From: Candidatus Methanoperedenaceae archaeon
Lineage (GTDB): Archaea > Halobacteriota > Methanosarcinia > Methanosarcinales > Methanoperedenaceae
Assembly: GCA_963753595.1 (NCBI GenBank)
Contig: CAVWCX010000014.1
Location: 39,196-103,195 of the forward strand
Length of the DNA: 64,000 nucleotides
Reading direction: 5' to 3'
Part shown: piece after piece, positions 11,379 to 24,604 of the stretch
Numbering within the stretch: position 1 is the stretch's first letter
How the letters are laid out: every line of letters begins with the position of its first letter
Translations under genes and position numbers: made by a program
The notes under the pieces: model-generated
What the model was told of the DNA's origin: nothing
The model's database searches: none
Seen by the model: only the letters and a program-made list of their open reading frames with translations

Positions 11379-12003
11379 AACCTTAGTTGATATTATACTT
11401 TTATTTACTAATAGTCTTCTTCCAGATTGTACCAACATGTAATTAAACGTCGCGATTTGTTCCAACGCTTTATTGCATTAAAACCAGACTAACATTCAAA
11501 CATTACTACAAGAAATAAGAAAAAAGTATTCCCAATACATTTTTACAAAAGGCCAGCAATAGGCAAAAATATATAAAAAAGTTGTATAATATTTAATATT
11601 ACTTTAAAAACAAAAAAAAAGTATATTGAAGAATTAAACATATAACAAAAATATAATAAATCTTTAAAAACTTTAAAAACCGTGTAAAACTATCGATTTA
11701 CTTTTATGTTATAAAATTATGAGGATGAGTCGGCGATTTCAATGAATATATTAAATTACTACATAATAAATAAGTGTGTTTCAACGAAACAATTACTATT
11801 GAAATTAATAATAAATGTGGCATACTAAGAATATCCCAATTTTATCGTGGAATATGTCAGGATGTTACATACAAAAACAATTTAGAGCTGCACGAATTTT
11901 AATTATACTGATTATAATCATGAGCATAAAGTTTAAGTATATGGAGAAATATCATTCAAATATACACATCATTATTGTCATGATAATGATGAACACATAA
12001 ACT

Positions 12004-15000
12004 ATGAACAATCAAACGATGGGAACAAATATGAACAAAAAAAAGAAAGAATTAAAAATAATTAGATATATAAAATCAGGATTTATTATATTTAATGTAC
12101 TAATGGTTTTGATGACAATATCTTCAGCAGCTGCCAGCCAGACGCCTTATAGCGGAACTGCTTTGAAAGTGCCAGGCATTATCCAGGCAGAATATTTTGA
12201 CAAGGGGGGCGAAGGTATTGCATATCATGATTCAGGCACCAAAAATAATGGCGGAGCATACAGAACAGGTGAAGGTATTGATATTGAACAAACTACAGAT
12301 TCTGGTTTAGGTTACGATATCGGCTGGATCAAGGCCGGAGAGTGGATGGAATATACAACAAATATCACTTCCTCAGGCACTTATGATATTGAAGTCAGAG
12401 TAGCAAGGGGTGGAACTGGGGGAAACTTCCATATTTTGTTCAATGGCTTGGACAAAACGGGTACTCTCACTATTCCCGATACTGGCGGATGGCAGAACTG
12501 GACCACTATAAAGAAGACAGGTGTCATCTTGAGTAAAGGAATTCAGATCATGAAAATTGTGTTTGACACTAATTCTCCAACTGGGGAAGATGCTGGAAAT
12601 ATCAATTATTTAAAAATATCTAAGAATAATCCACCATCTATATCGTCTAGCCATTCACCGTCAAACCCGACAACTTTGGACAATGTTATAATAACAGCAT
12701 CAGCAACAGATGACAAAGGTCTTTCTGAGATACAAATATATGTCGACAACAACCTGAAGAATACATGCATTCTATCACTAAGATCAGGATATTGTTCATA
12801 CGCTTTACCATTCACGGAATGTACCTCAATTATTTGCAACCGTGAAAGACACGGCAGGGCAAAGAAGCATTTCCGGGACAAAGCAGTTCGTTGCAAGCAA
12901 CATCCAGACGTCTTTTAGCGGGGTTGCTTTGAAAGTGCCAGGCATTATTCAGGTAGAAGATTATGACATTGGAAGTGAAGGTATTGCATATCATGATTCA
13001 GATACCCAAAATAATGGCGAGTCATACAGGACAGGTGAAGGTGTTGATATTGAACAAACTACAGATTCTGGTTTAGGTTACGATATCGGCTGGATCAAGG
13101 CCGGAGAATGGGTGGAATATACAACAAATATCACTTCCTCAGGCACTTATGATATTGAAGTAAGAGTAGCAAGGGGTGGAACTGGCGGAAACTTCCATAT
13201 TTTGTTCAATGGCTTGGACAAGACGGGTACTCTCACTATTCCCGATACCGGCGGATGGCAGAACTGGACCACAATAAAGAAGACAGGTGTCAGCTTGAGT
13301 GCAGGACCTCAGATCATGAAAATTGTGTTTGACACTAATTCTCCAACTGGGGAAGATGCTGGAAATATCAATTATATAAAAATAGCTCCTACACCAACAA
13401 CCACAGCTCCAGCAAATATTATCACGAATCCAGGATTTGAAATTGGAAGCACAACTCCTGTAAAATGGAGTTATATCACAAATAATGGAAACACACCTGT
13501 ATGGGAAAGTACAACAGCTCATACTGGAACTAAGTCCGTTAAGATATCAGTATCAGGTACGACCGATGTAAATTCAGGAGAACTATGGTATGATAATATT
13601 CCTTCAACAAGCGGAACAACCTACATGTTATCTGCATGGGGCAAATCCCAAGGAATTAGTGGTACTAACAATCCTGGTGTTTGGATGGTTGAGTTCGATA
13701 AAGATAATAAATGGTTACGACAGAAGGTCGATACTTTCCGAAAGGAACTATTGATTGGAATCAACAGCAAACAATTATTACTACAGGTGCTAATACTGCC
13801 TATATCAGCGTTGCTGTCAGTATCTGGAATGGATATGGAACTTTTTACGTAGATGATTTTTCATTGACCATGAAAGATTCACCAAAAGCAACACCGACAG
13901 CAACACCAATACCAATAATACCAATCACAACACCGGCTCCTACGCCTACGCCAACTGCAACACCAGCTCCTACGAGCACGCCTGCTCCTGTTTCAAATGG
14001 CCCTACATATTATGTAGCCACTACTGGTTATGATGGCAATTCCGGCTCATCCTCGTCTCCATGGAGATCTATTCAACACGCAGCAGACATGGTGTCAGCA
14101 GGAGATACTGTTTATGTCATGGGCGGAACATACAATGAGAAGGTTGCTATAACGAAATCGGGAAGTCCAGGAAATTATATCACATTTGCAGCATATCCAG
14201 GACAAAGTGTTTCGATTGATGGAACAGGTATATCATTGGGTTCATGGGATGGACTGATTCGTATAAATGGCGCAAGCTATATAAAAATATCAGGATTCAG
14301 GGTGCTAAAATCCTCATTCGTAGGGATCATGGTATCAGGTGGAAATCCCTCAAATATTATTATCCAAGATAATTATATTAATGGCGCATATTCTTCTGGA
14401 ATTTATGCAGAAAGAGCATCAAGCATTACTATAGACCATAATGAGATTACTGGATCACATATTGCAGAAGCAGGATATCATAACGAGATCATGAGTTTAG
14501 TTATAGTTAATGGGTTTGAAATAATGAATAATTATGTTCATGATAATATCAATACTGAGAGCATTACTGTAAAAATGGATTCGAGTAACGGGCGCATTCA
14601 TCATAATAACATAAAGCCAACTTCAAGCGCAGGTATTTATGTATGTGCTTGGGCAGACATGCAACAGAATATCGAGGTATATGATAATATAGTTCATGAT
14701 GGGCCTGGAAGTTCTCGAGGAATAGCTGTTGCTGTTGAAGGAGGCGGCACTATTAAAAACGTCAAGATATATAACAATCTAGTATATAGAAACAGCGCAA
14801 GTGGTATAGTCGTAGATTATTATTCTGACTGTGGCAGTGACCCTGGTACTCTCTGCCTCAGCGGAACTATAGATAACATATTGATAGAAGGAAACACTGT
14901 ATACCAAAACAACGCAATAGGATGGGAAGGCGGTATTGTAAATAAATATAGTAAAGCTACTAATGTAGTTATAAGTAATAACATAATCAGCCAGAACTAC

Positions 15001-15252
15001 GGCACTCAAATATGGGTTGTAGGAAGCAACACAATTCAAAACAATCTTATCGACGGCTCAACTGGTACGACTGGAGACAGTTACAGAACAGGAAATCCAC
15101 AATTCGTCAATCCTTCATCGGGGGATTTCCACATCCAATCCACCTCTCCTGCAATAGATAAAGGAACGACTCCCAAGATAGCTATTGTGGACTTTGATGG
15201 AAAATCGAGACCACAGGGAGGAGGTTATGATATCGGTGCATATGAGTATTAA
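12004..15252 (+). CDS. secreted protein: 2x CBM6, Ig-like, CBM4/9-like, Pro/Thr linker, beta-helix; frameshifts near 12820 and 13735
   Basis: signal peptide; IQAEYFD..GEWMEY..TGGWQNW twice; NPGFE; PTPT linker; YYVATTG; DFH..SPAIDKG..YDIGAYEY. Confidence 0.8.
12151..13384 (+). repeat. near-identical direct duplication of the CBM6 module (12151-12618 and 12917-13384)
   Basis: long identical runs, e.g. gaacaaactacagattctggtttaggttacgatatcggctggatcaaggccggaga in both copies. Confidence 0.92.
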
Positions 15253-15707
15253 CCATGCCTCTTTAGAATAGAAAAAAAGGAATCGGATATGCCGGGAGTA
15301 TTAGATTATCCCCCCGGCTCCGGCTTCCATTAAAGCAAATTTTTATTTTTTATTCAATTCGACTCTATAAAATGATTAAATAATCCTTTTTTTTAAGGTT
15401 CTAACAACAACATAGATAAACTCCACATCAGATAGAAATAATTGGCTTTTATCTGGCAATTTTTTTATTTTTACTTTCGTTTCATTTTTGAAAAGAATGG
15501 TTACTAATTCAAAGGTTCACAATTTAAACTTAACTGTTTTCCACCGTTGCAGTGAACTATTGTAACATTTACAATACTTATGGAAAAATTACTCCAACAA
15601 ACTTTTAATCTATTGTAACTTGTTACAAGTGTGAACTAAGTTACCAATGGTTTTGGGAATGCCTTGGTAACCTCCCTTTAAAGACGACCAAACAGTTAAG
15701 AAAGAAT

Positions 15708-17103
15708 ATGAATAAATACAGAATGGAAATGAACTTTAAAATAATGATATTAATAATACTTCTAATTTTTATTGGATTTGTTACTTTTATTTTATTATTG
15801 GATCCTATAGGAAGTAATTATTATGTGGCTATGAATGGTGACGACAATAACTCCGGTACAGAAGCTCATCCATGGAGAACTATCTCGAAAGCGGCAAATG
15901 CAGTGGTTGCTGGAGATATAGTTTATGTATGCAAAGGGATTTACAATGAGAAAATTACAATAAAGAACTCAGGAAGTCCAGGAAAGTATATTACTTTTGC
16001 TGCTTATCCTGAGCATAGCGTTACTATTGATGGTACGGGCATATCTCTACCCAAATGGTTAGGATTAATCAATATCCGCGGGAAAAATTACATCAGGATT
16101 TCTGGCTTCAGGATTGTCAATTCACAATGGGCCGGAATATTCGTTGCTGATTTATCTTCATATGATAACAGTTGAAAATAATTACATCTATAATAGTCGT
16201 TCGTCCGGTATCCTCATGAGTAATGGGAGCCATTATCTTGTAGATGGAAATGAGATAGAAAAGGGTGACAGCGATACTACAGGAGACACTTCGATCCAGG
16301 AAATACTTTCGATACAACATAATGTCGACACATTTGAGATCAAGAACAATTATATTCAGGACGGAGGTAATCCTGTATGGGGCGGCGAAGGTATAGTTGC
16401 AAAACAAAATTCATATAATGGGTTAATCCATAACAATGTAGTATCAAATGTCAAGAGCACTGGTATATATGTAGATGCATACGCTTTAAATGTAGATAAT
16501 ATATCAGTTTACAATAATAGACTCTACAATACTGGTAATAATGGGATCGGCATATCCGCAGAAGCTGGTGGAACTGCCAATGATATCCACATCTATAATA
16601 ATATAGTGTCTGGAGCCCAGGTTGGAATAAGAATCCCTGAGTATAACGATGGAACTAAATCAGATATAAAAAATATTGAAGTAATTAATAACAATATTTA
16701 CAATAATGGAGGGTCTAATCTCGGAGGAGGCGGAGGCATATGGATTGGTCAGTATCCTAACAGTTATATCAATGGTTTAGTTGTGAGGAACAATATTGTA
16801 AGTCAGAATTATCAATATCAGATAATGCAAACTCCCAATGCAAATAATGCCAACATCGTTATAGATAATAATTTGATTGATGGATATAATGGATATACAA
16901 ATGAAATTCTTGGCACAAGTAATATAACAGGAAATCCATTATTTGTGAATACCAATGGTGGAGATTTCCATCTGCAAAGTACTTCTCCAGCTATAGACAA
17001 AGGTTCACCTGTTAATGCTCCCAACATTGATTTCGATGGGAAATATAGACCTTCTGGTTCTGGATATGATATCGGAGCTTTTGAATATAGTCGAGATAAC
17101 TAG
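15708..17103 (+). CDS. membrane-anchored right-handed beta-helix protein (DUF1565-like); frameshift near 16165
   Basis: N-terminal TM segment, YYVAMNG..PWRTI, GYDIGAFEY; paralogue of the 14000-15252 region. Confidence 0.8.
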
Positions 17104-17120
17104 TAGAATTTATGCAAAGG

Positions 17121-18611
17121 CTATCTCAATATATAACGTTGAGCTAGAGCCCACAAAGCCTTTGGTTTGTAATGACCTCCTTTAATAATTCGTTTTGTAA
17201 TATATATAGGGTCTGATATTAACAATCCTCTGAGCTTTTTCCTATTATGTTCTTCAAACAAAAGTTCTGTCTCTTTAATTATTCTATTGCATTCGTCTCT
17301 TTTAAGATTCTTATTTAAATACATATCAGGACTTTGATGGAAAAATGTGCTCCAATCTATCTTCTCTGGTAATAACCCCTCAAATTTACAAATATCGTAT
17401 AATTCTGTCCCAGGATATGGTGTCGCAACACTAAAAAAAGCCTGTTGAGGATCTAATTCTTTCATTAATAATGTGGTTTTATCAATCTCTGTTTTAGTCT
17501 CCCAAGGAAAACCAATTAAAAAGAACGCGCTAAAAATCATATGATTTTTTTTAAGAATCTCAGACGAATTTTTTATTTGCTCGATTGTAATTCCCTTTTT
17601 TATTTTTTTAAGGGTTTCTTCATCACCAGATTCGGCGCCTATAGTAATTTCATCACAGCCTGCTTGCTTCATTTTTTTAATTAGCTCCTCAGTGACAAGG
17701 TTTGCTCGGGTCTCACACCACCACTGAATGTCAAATTTCTCTTGGATTAACAAATCACAAATATTATTAATAATTTTTTTATTTAGGGTGAAACTATCAT
17801 CTTCAAATCTAAAATGTTGCGTTTTAAAGAACTTATTAATTTGCTTAATCTCACTAATTACATTCTGTGGGGACCTATACCTTACTTTTTCGGTCCAAAT
17901 CAAGTGTGATGCACAGAATATACAATTATATGGACAACCTCTGCTTGCAAATATGTTTCCAAAGGCTTCTGGAGGGTATTTTTCTTTATCCAATATCAAA
18001 TGCCTTGCTGGAAAAGGTATTTCATCTAAGTTTTCGATTAAAGGTCTATTCGGATTATGAATAATTCTGTTATTTTCTTTATAAGTGATACCTAATACAT
18101 TTTCCAATTTTCCTATATTTTGGATAATATCTAAAAAAGTGTATTCCCCTTCACCTCTTACAACAATATCGACATCATTATTTTTTATAGTTTCCTCTGG
18201 AAGTATCGTAGGATGAAGACCTCCCCATATGACTGGAATATCTGAATTAAATTTTTTAACCAATTTGCTAACATTTAGTGCGGATCCATATTTTGCTGTC
18301 GTTACAGATATTCCAACAATATCAGGGGACTGATTATGAATAACAATCTCAATCTCTTTCCATATCTCGTGGTTTATATCTTTTAAATTGTGCAAATACT
18401 GACTATACTTTTCGGTAGTTTTTCCAGCTGATGGAAACTCTCTTCCGGAATTGAAATCTGCGTTATAGATTGATACGTTAAAACCATGTTTTTCAAGAAC
18501 TCCACCTATATAGCATAGTCCTAAAGGAGACTGGAACCCCTCCGCCCCGAAAAGCCTATACCACGGTGGACTAATGAGCAAAACTTTGTTTATATTAGTA
18601 TTTGGTTTCAT
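17121..18611 (-). CDS. B12-binding radical SAM protein
   Basis: PLGLCY, GGLHPT, RGEGE, SRGCPYNCIFC. Confidence 0.92.
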   Translation of the reverse strand: MKPNTNINKVLLISPPWYRLFGAEGFQSPLGLCYIGGVLEKHGFNVSIYNADFNSGREFPSAGKTTEKYSQYLHNLKDINHEIWKEIEIVIHNQSPDIVGISVTTAKYGSALNVSKLVKKFNSDIPVIWGGLHPTILPEETIKNNDVDIVVRGEGEYTFLDIIQNIGKLENVLGITYKENNRIIHNPNRPLIENLDEIPFPARHLILDKEKYPPEAFGNIFASRGCPYNCIFCASHLIWTEKVRYRSPQNVISEIKQINKFFKTQHFRFEDDSFTLNKKIINNICDLLIQEKFDIQWWCETRANLVTEELIKKMKQAGCDEITIGAESGDEETLKKIKKGITIEQIKNSSEILKKNHMIFSAFFLIGFPWETKTEIDKTTLLMKELDPQQAFFSVATPYPGTELYDICKFEGLLPEKIDWSTFFHQSPDMYLNKNLKRDECNRIIKETELLFEEHNRKKLRGLLISDPIYITKRIIKGGHYKPKALWALAQRYILR

Positions 18612-18852
18612 AATGCCCCCTTTTATTAAATTGAGATCATCTATTAAATAGTTATCGGGAAATGATACATGGAAAAAAAACCGTAATCTATTTTAATCAT
18701 GCCAAATAATATTAAATTTGAATATTGGAGAAATTACAATTTAAACTTTGTTTTTGATTAAACATTTAAGTTTATATATTTTCCTTTTAAAGGCTATGGG
18801 GGTTAAATTATGGGATTCAATCAAAAGGATCATTTTAAAAAAGGGGGATCGT

Positions 18853-19017
18853 ATGAGAATAAGAGAAATAATTAGAGTTGATGATTTCAAATCTATGAAG
18901 GGGACATGGAATGATGTGCTGGCATTGGAGAATTATAGATTATATTGTTACAGGATAAAACAAATGGGGGAAAGTAAAAAAATAAAATTTAAAACTGTAA
19001 CTCATCATATTTATTAA
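18853..19017 (+). pseudogene. internally deleted paralogue of the 5988-7166 GNAT
   Basis: MRIREIIRVDDFKSMKGTWNDVL fused to ENYRLYCYRIKQ, matching both termini of that GNAT. Confidence 0.7.
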
Positions 19018-19051
19018 TATAGTCATTTCTAACGAATGTGGACGGTATGAA

Positions 19052-20126
19052 ATGCAATTTAAATGGATTAGATATATTAGAAATAAATCAAAATACTATA
19101 CACTATTTATTTCGGCGTTAAAACGTGGTGAAATATATAAAAGTATTAATTTAGTTGGTATAATAGTTGCTTACTTTTTCAGGTTCATGAAATACCCTTT
19201 TTGCCAGCAATTGCATTTATATTAACCTAACAACAATTGTAATTTAAGATGTGAGCACTGTCAAGTGAGCCATTGGACAAAAGACATAAGGTATTTAGAT
19301 ATAAAATCTTATCAATACATCTTAAACCAATTTCCGTATCTGTTATCTGCTAAATTACAGGGGATGGGAGAACCTTTTCTTAACAAACAATTACCTTTTA
19401 TGTTGAAAGAAGGAGAAGAGCGTGGAATTTCAATGCTAGTTTTTACTAATGGAACTATTTATGATGAACACTTAGCTAAAAAATTGATTCAATTAAAATA
19501 CACTCATATTTGTTTTAGTATTGATGGGGCAACCTCGGAAACCCATGAAAAGATTAGAATAGGGAGTAATTTTGAAAAAATCCTTAGGAATATTGGAGAT
19601 TTGACTAATCATAGAGGTTTGAATATATATCCTCGGTTTTCAATATGGTCTGTAATTACTAAAAACAACATTCATGAAACCACCCAAATAGTCAAACTGT
19701 CAAAATTATTAAACGTAGATTCCATTTATTTACAAACTACTCTTGTAAATTGGGGAAAAAACAATATTGACCGATATAATAAAACCATTAGAATAGATTC
19801 AAAATCCAAAGAATTTGACTATATATTGCTGGAAGCAAAAAATGCTTGCTGAAAAAGAAAAAATAAATATGGAAATAATGAGCACAGGTTTTTCAAGAAA
19901 GAATAAATGTTTTTGGCCTTGGACTAGTGCTTATATAGCAGTGAATGGTGACGTCATTCCATGCTGCAATATTGCTGACTCCTCTACGTTAAAAATGGGA
20001 AATCTTTTTGAAACAAGTTTTAGTGATATTTGGAATTCAAGAGAATATATGGTACTACGTGAGAGCATTAGAACCCATAATATACCTGAATTTTGTAAAA
20101 GCTGTTATTTTGAATTTATCTCATGA
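19052..20126 (+). CDS. radical SAM/SPASM(twitch) protein; frameshifted
   Basis: CNLRCEHC near 19238, GMGEP, CFWPW..GDVIPCC..CKSC. Confidence 0.8.
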
Positions 20127-20143
20127 CTGATTTTCGATTTTGA

Positions 20144-21846
20144 TCATTTATTATTTCTGTATATCTGATAGTAACCATTATCGTAACAAAAATTTAAAGT
20201 GTGATTATTCACCTGTATCCATTCTTCAAGTGGGTCTAAACCAAAAGAATAATATATAAAATTATGACTTCCAATACTATTTATTATATAAGTTGCATTA
20301 CCGATCCTTGAGGGATCTGGTTTGTCTGATACTGGCAATGTCCAGTATAATACTTTTATCATCTCAGGGTTATAGTAATCTATAAACGTATCCCACATAG
20401 AAAAATATGTTTCCCTGCCAGCAAATACCGCATTTGTGGTAAAGAACTTCGTACCGCTTAGTTCAGTTGTTCGTATCGAATCAAAACTTTCAGTCCCGTA
20501 ATGCGCTGGCATGTGGAAAAGTATTAGCAAAATTGCCAACCCGGCAATGATTTTCCTATCAAATGCAAAGGATATGATAAAAACCATTGGTACTAATGAA
20601 AATAGGAAAATCCTATCATCTATTTCATTTCGACCATACCTTAATGCAAAAAGGGCTAAAATACCAATGAGCCAAAAAAAACAAATTTTAGTCGATTCCA
20701 TATTTTTTTCTTTGATTCGGCGGCTCAGGTAGAGAAAAGCTGCGGCGATCATAGCAATAGCATATGCTACTAAGTAAAAAAGACGACTATAATGCACTAT
20801 CCATCGTGTCAAAAACGCCCCTGGACTGTACTTTTCAGTATTGAAAAAGCCAAGAAAATCAAACTCAGTAACTATTCTCATGAACTCTACTAAGCCGGTT
20901 TTAAACATAACAGGTGCAAAGTATATATGCCAGACAATAAAGATTAGAAGAAAAAATATTATGAATTTAACACGTTGTTTATTGAGTGCTCTAATAAATG
21001 ATGATGAAAAAATAAACCCCAGTATTACCGCAATTGGAGTCAATATATGTGTTATTACCAATGATGCAGAAGTCATACTTATCTATTATATTTTGAATCT
21101 TGCCAATTTTTTCTATCCTTGCGGGGTTCTATCAAATTCGAATTAGGATTAATTCTGGTGAATCCAACGATAAACAGAAATAACAAAAGATATAGCAAAT
21201 ATGCGAGAGACGGAGGTCCATAGTAGTAAAGACCTGTCCAGAAAGATGCCAGGAAAAGAAGAGATGATGCAAAAGATTGGTTAGATGACAAACCAAGACG
21301 TTTTCCGATACTGAAAGTAATTAAGATTACTGAGAAAACCCAAAATAAAGGCATATATTTTAATAAATCAGATATTTTAATATTCATCAAATATAAAATG
21401 CTTGCGGAAGTAAAATGCATAGATGGCCAGGAACGATACGTCATAAGAGGATAATTTGATGTAATGTTCACATGGTTTGTATCTAAAACTGTCTGAACTT
21501 CTCCTGCGGGATAATAAGACCAAGGGAATCGCGGATTTTCTTCCGCAAATATCGGCACTCCAAAAAGGAATAATCCAATAGCAATCAGAAATAGTAAATA
21601 TATACTATCATGTTTTATTTTCTTGTCTAAAAACAGTCTGATGGAGAACACCAACACCAGGACATATCCTGTCCAATATGCTAAGGTTAAGTGAGATAAC
21701 AATCCGAGAAAATCTCCTATATCAACTATAACAGGTTTTATTTCCAAGATACTATAAAATAAAAACAAGAAACTGAAAAGTGCAATATATATATATGTTT
21801 TTGAATTGGGGGGGGAAGAAAACCATTCTCTTATATATGCAGGCAT
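20144..21846 (-). CDS. polytopic membrane protein, putative GT-C/polymerase; split near 21078
   Basis: two abutting hydrophobic ORFs; YRSWP, ITH, YDNG motifs; located in the glycan cluster. Confidence 0.55.
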
Positions 21847-21922
21847 ATTTCCTTTCAGCGGAGTAGATATAGGTTTTTCATTAATTTCACCTTTGTTCGT
21901 ATTTTATATTTTCTCTCCAAAA

Positions 21923-23163
21923 TCACAAATACTTAAAAGAAGGGCTGCCCGAAGCTTTTGCCTGTTCTTCATTATCATTCTTAATAAGTGATACATACTC
22001 TCTCATAAATCCCTCCAGAGAATAATATCTGGCATATGTTTGCTTGATTTTTTCCTTGGAATAAATTTTTTTATGTTGCAAAAATAGTCTAATCTCCTCT
22101 ATCCCCTCCCCTTTAAAAATGATATCTTTATCCACTTTTTCAATAATTTCCCCAATCCCCCCAAAATTCCTTCCGGTTACAGGAGTGCCCACTGACATTG
22201 CCTCCATTGCAACAAGAGGATTATTTTCAAGGCAGGTTGAAGGCACTATCAACGCCAAGGCATCATTATAAAGCGACCAGAGCTCATGATGGCTTAACCA
22301 CCCCAAAACAATAATTTTTTTCTCTAATTTTTTTCTGGTTATGTATTCCGTGATTTTTTCCTTGAGAGTGCCTTCTCCAACGATAATAAGCTTTGCATCT
22401 ATCTCCCTCTGGTGTTCTATGAATACTTTGAGCAGATTGCAGATTCCCTTTAACTTTTCAAGCACTCCAACGAATAAAAAATAGTTTGAATAACCGGAAT
22501 CTTTTATGTCGTTGGGCGGAGGAGGAGCAAAGTTCGGTATATGTACTATATTAGCCTTTACAGGCAGCCATTTAGAAAGTTTGTTTTTCATAAAGTTACT
22601 TGGAGAAATAATAGTATCAATATCTCCAATTGCCTGAATGAATTTTTTGCTTCCTCGCCATGTCTGAGGTAATCTTTTTGAAAGCAAGGTGCATGAAAGA
22701 CAGCTTTTATTTTCACATTCTTTTTGGCCATATTTCATCAAACTGAATCTCTGGCATATCAGCCAATAATCATGGGCAGTGTAAAGATTGTCATAATTTC
22801 CCTGCTTTTTCAGGATATTGTATCCAAGAAAGAAGATGTTATGATGGTGGACGACATCAGGTTTGATTTCACGTAACAGACTATCGAATGTCTTCTTAAC
22901 ATACGTTGATTTTCTTGTGAGATATTGAGATACAAGTCTGATTGACATAAAGCCCATTTCAACATGAGCAAAAACAATTACTTTATGTTTCTTTAAAACC
23001 CCCATCGAATCAAGTCTCTTAACCATATTCATCCCGGCAAGATACATGCACTTATGTCCAAGTTTCAGCATTTCTTCGAGAGATATTTAACATGTGAAGC
23101 GTCTCCTCCTATATGGTATGGCGGATAGTAGGAAGAAGTCATAAGAAATATTTTTTTCTCCAT
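21923..23163 (-). CDS. GT4 glycosyltransferase; frameshift near 23078
   Basis: YYPPYHIGG N-terminus in another frame; HDYW; ENNPLVAMEAM. Confidence 0.85.
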
Positions 23164-23185
23164 TAATATTCATCCTTTGGTTTAT

Positions 23186-24604
23186 TTAATGTGGTAAAGT
23201 TAATTTGAATACGTTGATACAATACTTATAAGCAAGATTAAAATCATTTGGATTCCTGATAACATATCCGATATTCTGAATCCACCATTTGGGATTGAGA
23301 ATTAGCGCTTGATATGCTTTATCTCGGGCTTTGTCTATCTCCTGTGTAGTTAATTCATCCGTTCTCATTATCGATTTATTCTGATTCATACTTCTGAAAT
23401 CTATTTGTTTTGTTATCCACCCTTTTTCCAGAGCAATATCATACAGTTTTGTTCCTGGATAGGGAGATGCAACATTGACCTCACCTCCTGTGGGAAGTGT
23501 CTTCTTGATAAACCGGATTGTTTCTTTAACAGTAGTTTTATTTTCACCTGGTAATCCCATAATAAAACTGCAATAGGCTTTAATTCCTGCATCTTTGACC
23601 ATTTGTATTGCTTTAGCTGATTCTTCAACAGATATTCTCTTATTTGACCCACCTATGATCTTTTGACTCCCGGATTCTATACCCATGCTAACTGCTGTGC
23701 ATCCGGCCTGCTTCATTTTTTCAAGAAGGGCTTTATCTATAAGATCGACCCTGGAATTACAATACCATTTGATATTCAACTTCTCATCTATGATTCCCCT
23801 GGTAATCTTTTCAACCCGTTTTTTATCTATAGTGAAGACTTCATCAAAAAACATTATAGTTTTGATATTGTAATTCTGCTTAAGATATCTCAGTTCCTCA
23901 AGGACGCTCTGGGCTGACCTTGCTTTCCATTTAGTTTGTGCCATTGTACAATAGATACAAGAGTTGGGACAGCCCTTACTTGTATACATTATCGTGAAAG
24001 GTTGACCGTGTTTAGTGTCCGCATAATAAAACTCAAAGGATTTCAATAAATCATAAGCAGGGATAGGTATGTCGTCATAATTATTTATAGGATCAGAATC
24101 CCTGTTGACTTTGATAAGACCATCAAAACGGTATGCAATCCCGGCCACGCCTGAAAGCTCAGAGCCTGCAGCTAACCTGTCAATAAGATCTGGCGCTACC
24201 ACCTCATATTCATGTCTTATGTAAATATCAAGATATTTTGCCTCATCCAGAACAGTACTGGCAAAATTTCCAAGAGTCCAGCAAATGCCAATTGTGGTGG
24301 CATCGGAGTACTTTTTTGAAATTGATGCAACTTTCATATCCCAGTCAAAAGTTGAAGGAGTGAACTTGATTATGACTGCTTCATAATCCTTCTCAGAAAG
24401 CATTTTTTCAAAATCCTGGTACTTGATATTCTCCCCGTTCGCTTCAATAAGACTAACTTCATGCCCATTTCTTCGTAAAAGAGAAGCAATCTGGAGCAGA
24501 CTGTACGGAGGCAAGACTGAATTCTTTTCAATAATCTCACACCGCTCTTCCCTGATAACTGACATTTTTTTAAATCTTGGTGGGTTCACCAGTAAAACTT
24601 TCAT
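23186..24604 (-). CDS. B12-binding radical SAM protein
   Basis: LLVNPP, TSKGCPNSCIYC, GIESGSQ, PYPGT. Confidence 0.9.
   Translation of the reverse strand: MKVLLVNPPRFKKMSVIREERCEIIEKNSVLPPYSLLQIASLLRRNGHEVSLIEANGENIKYQDFEKMLSEKDYEAVIIKFTPSTFDWDMKVASISKKYSDATTIGICWTLGNFASTVLDEAKYLDIYIRHEYEVVAPDLIDRLAAGSELSGVAGIAYRFDGLIKVNRDSDPINNYDDIPIPAYDLLKSFEFYYADTKHGQPFTIMYTSKGCPNSCIYCTMAQTKWKARSAQSVLEELRYLKQNYNIKTIMFFDEVFTIDKKRVEKITRGIIDEKLNIKWYCNSRVDLIDKALLEKMKQAGCTAVSMGIESGSQKIIGGSNKRISVEESAKAIQMVKDAGIKAYCSFIMGLPGENKTTVKETIRFIKKTLPTGGEVNVASPYPGTKLYDIALEKGWITKQIDFRSMNQNKSIMRTDELTTQEIDKARDKAYQALILNPKWWIQNIGYVIRNPNDFNLAYKYCINVFKLTLPH

Noticed and set aside
13890-13995. Low-complexity repeat as a mobile or regulatory element
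   Set aside because: It encodes an ordinary Pro/Thr linker.
10831-18645. 15-nt match TTGAGATCATCTATT at 10831 and 18631
   Set aside because: One copy lies within coding remnants and the match does not extend; plausibly chance in AT-rich DNA.
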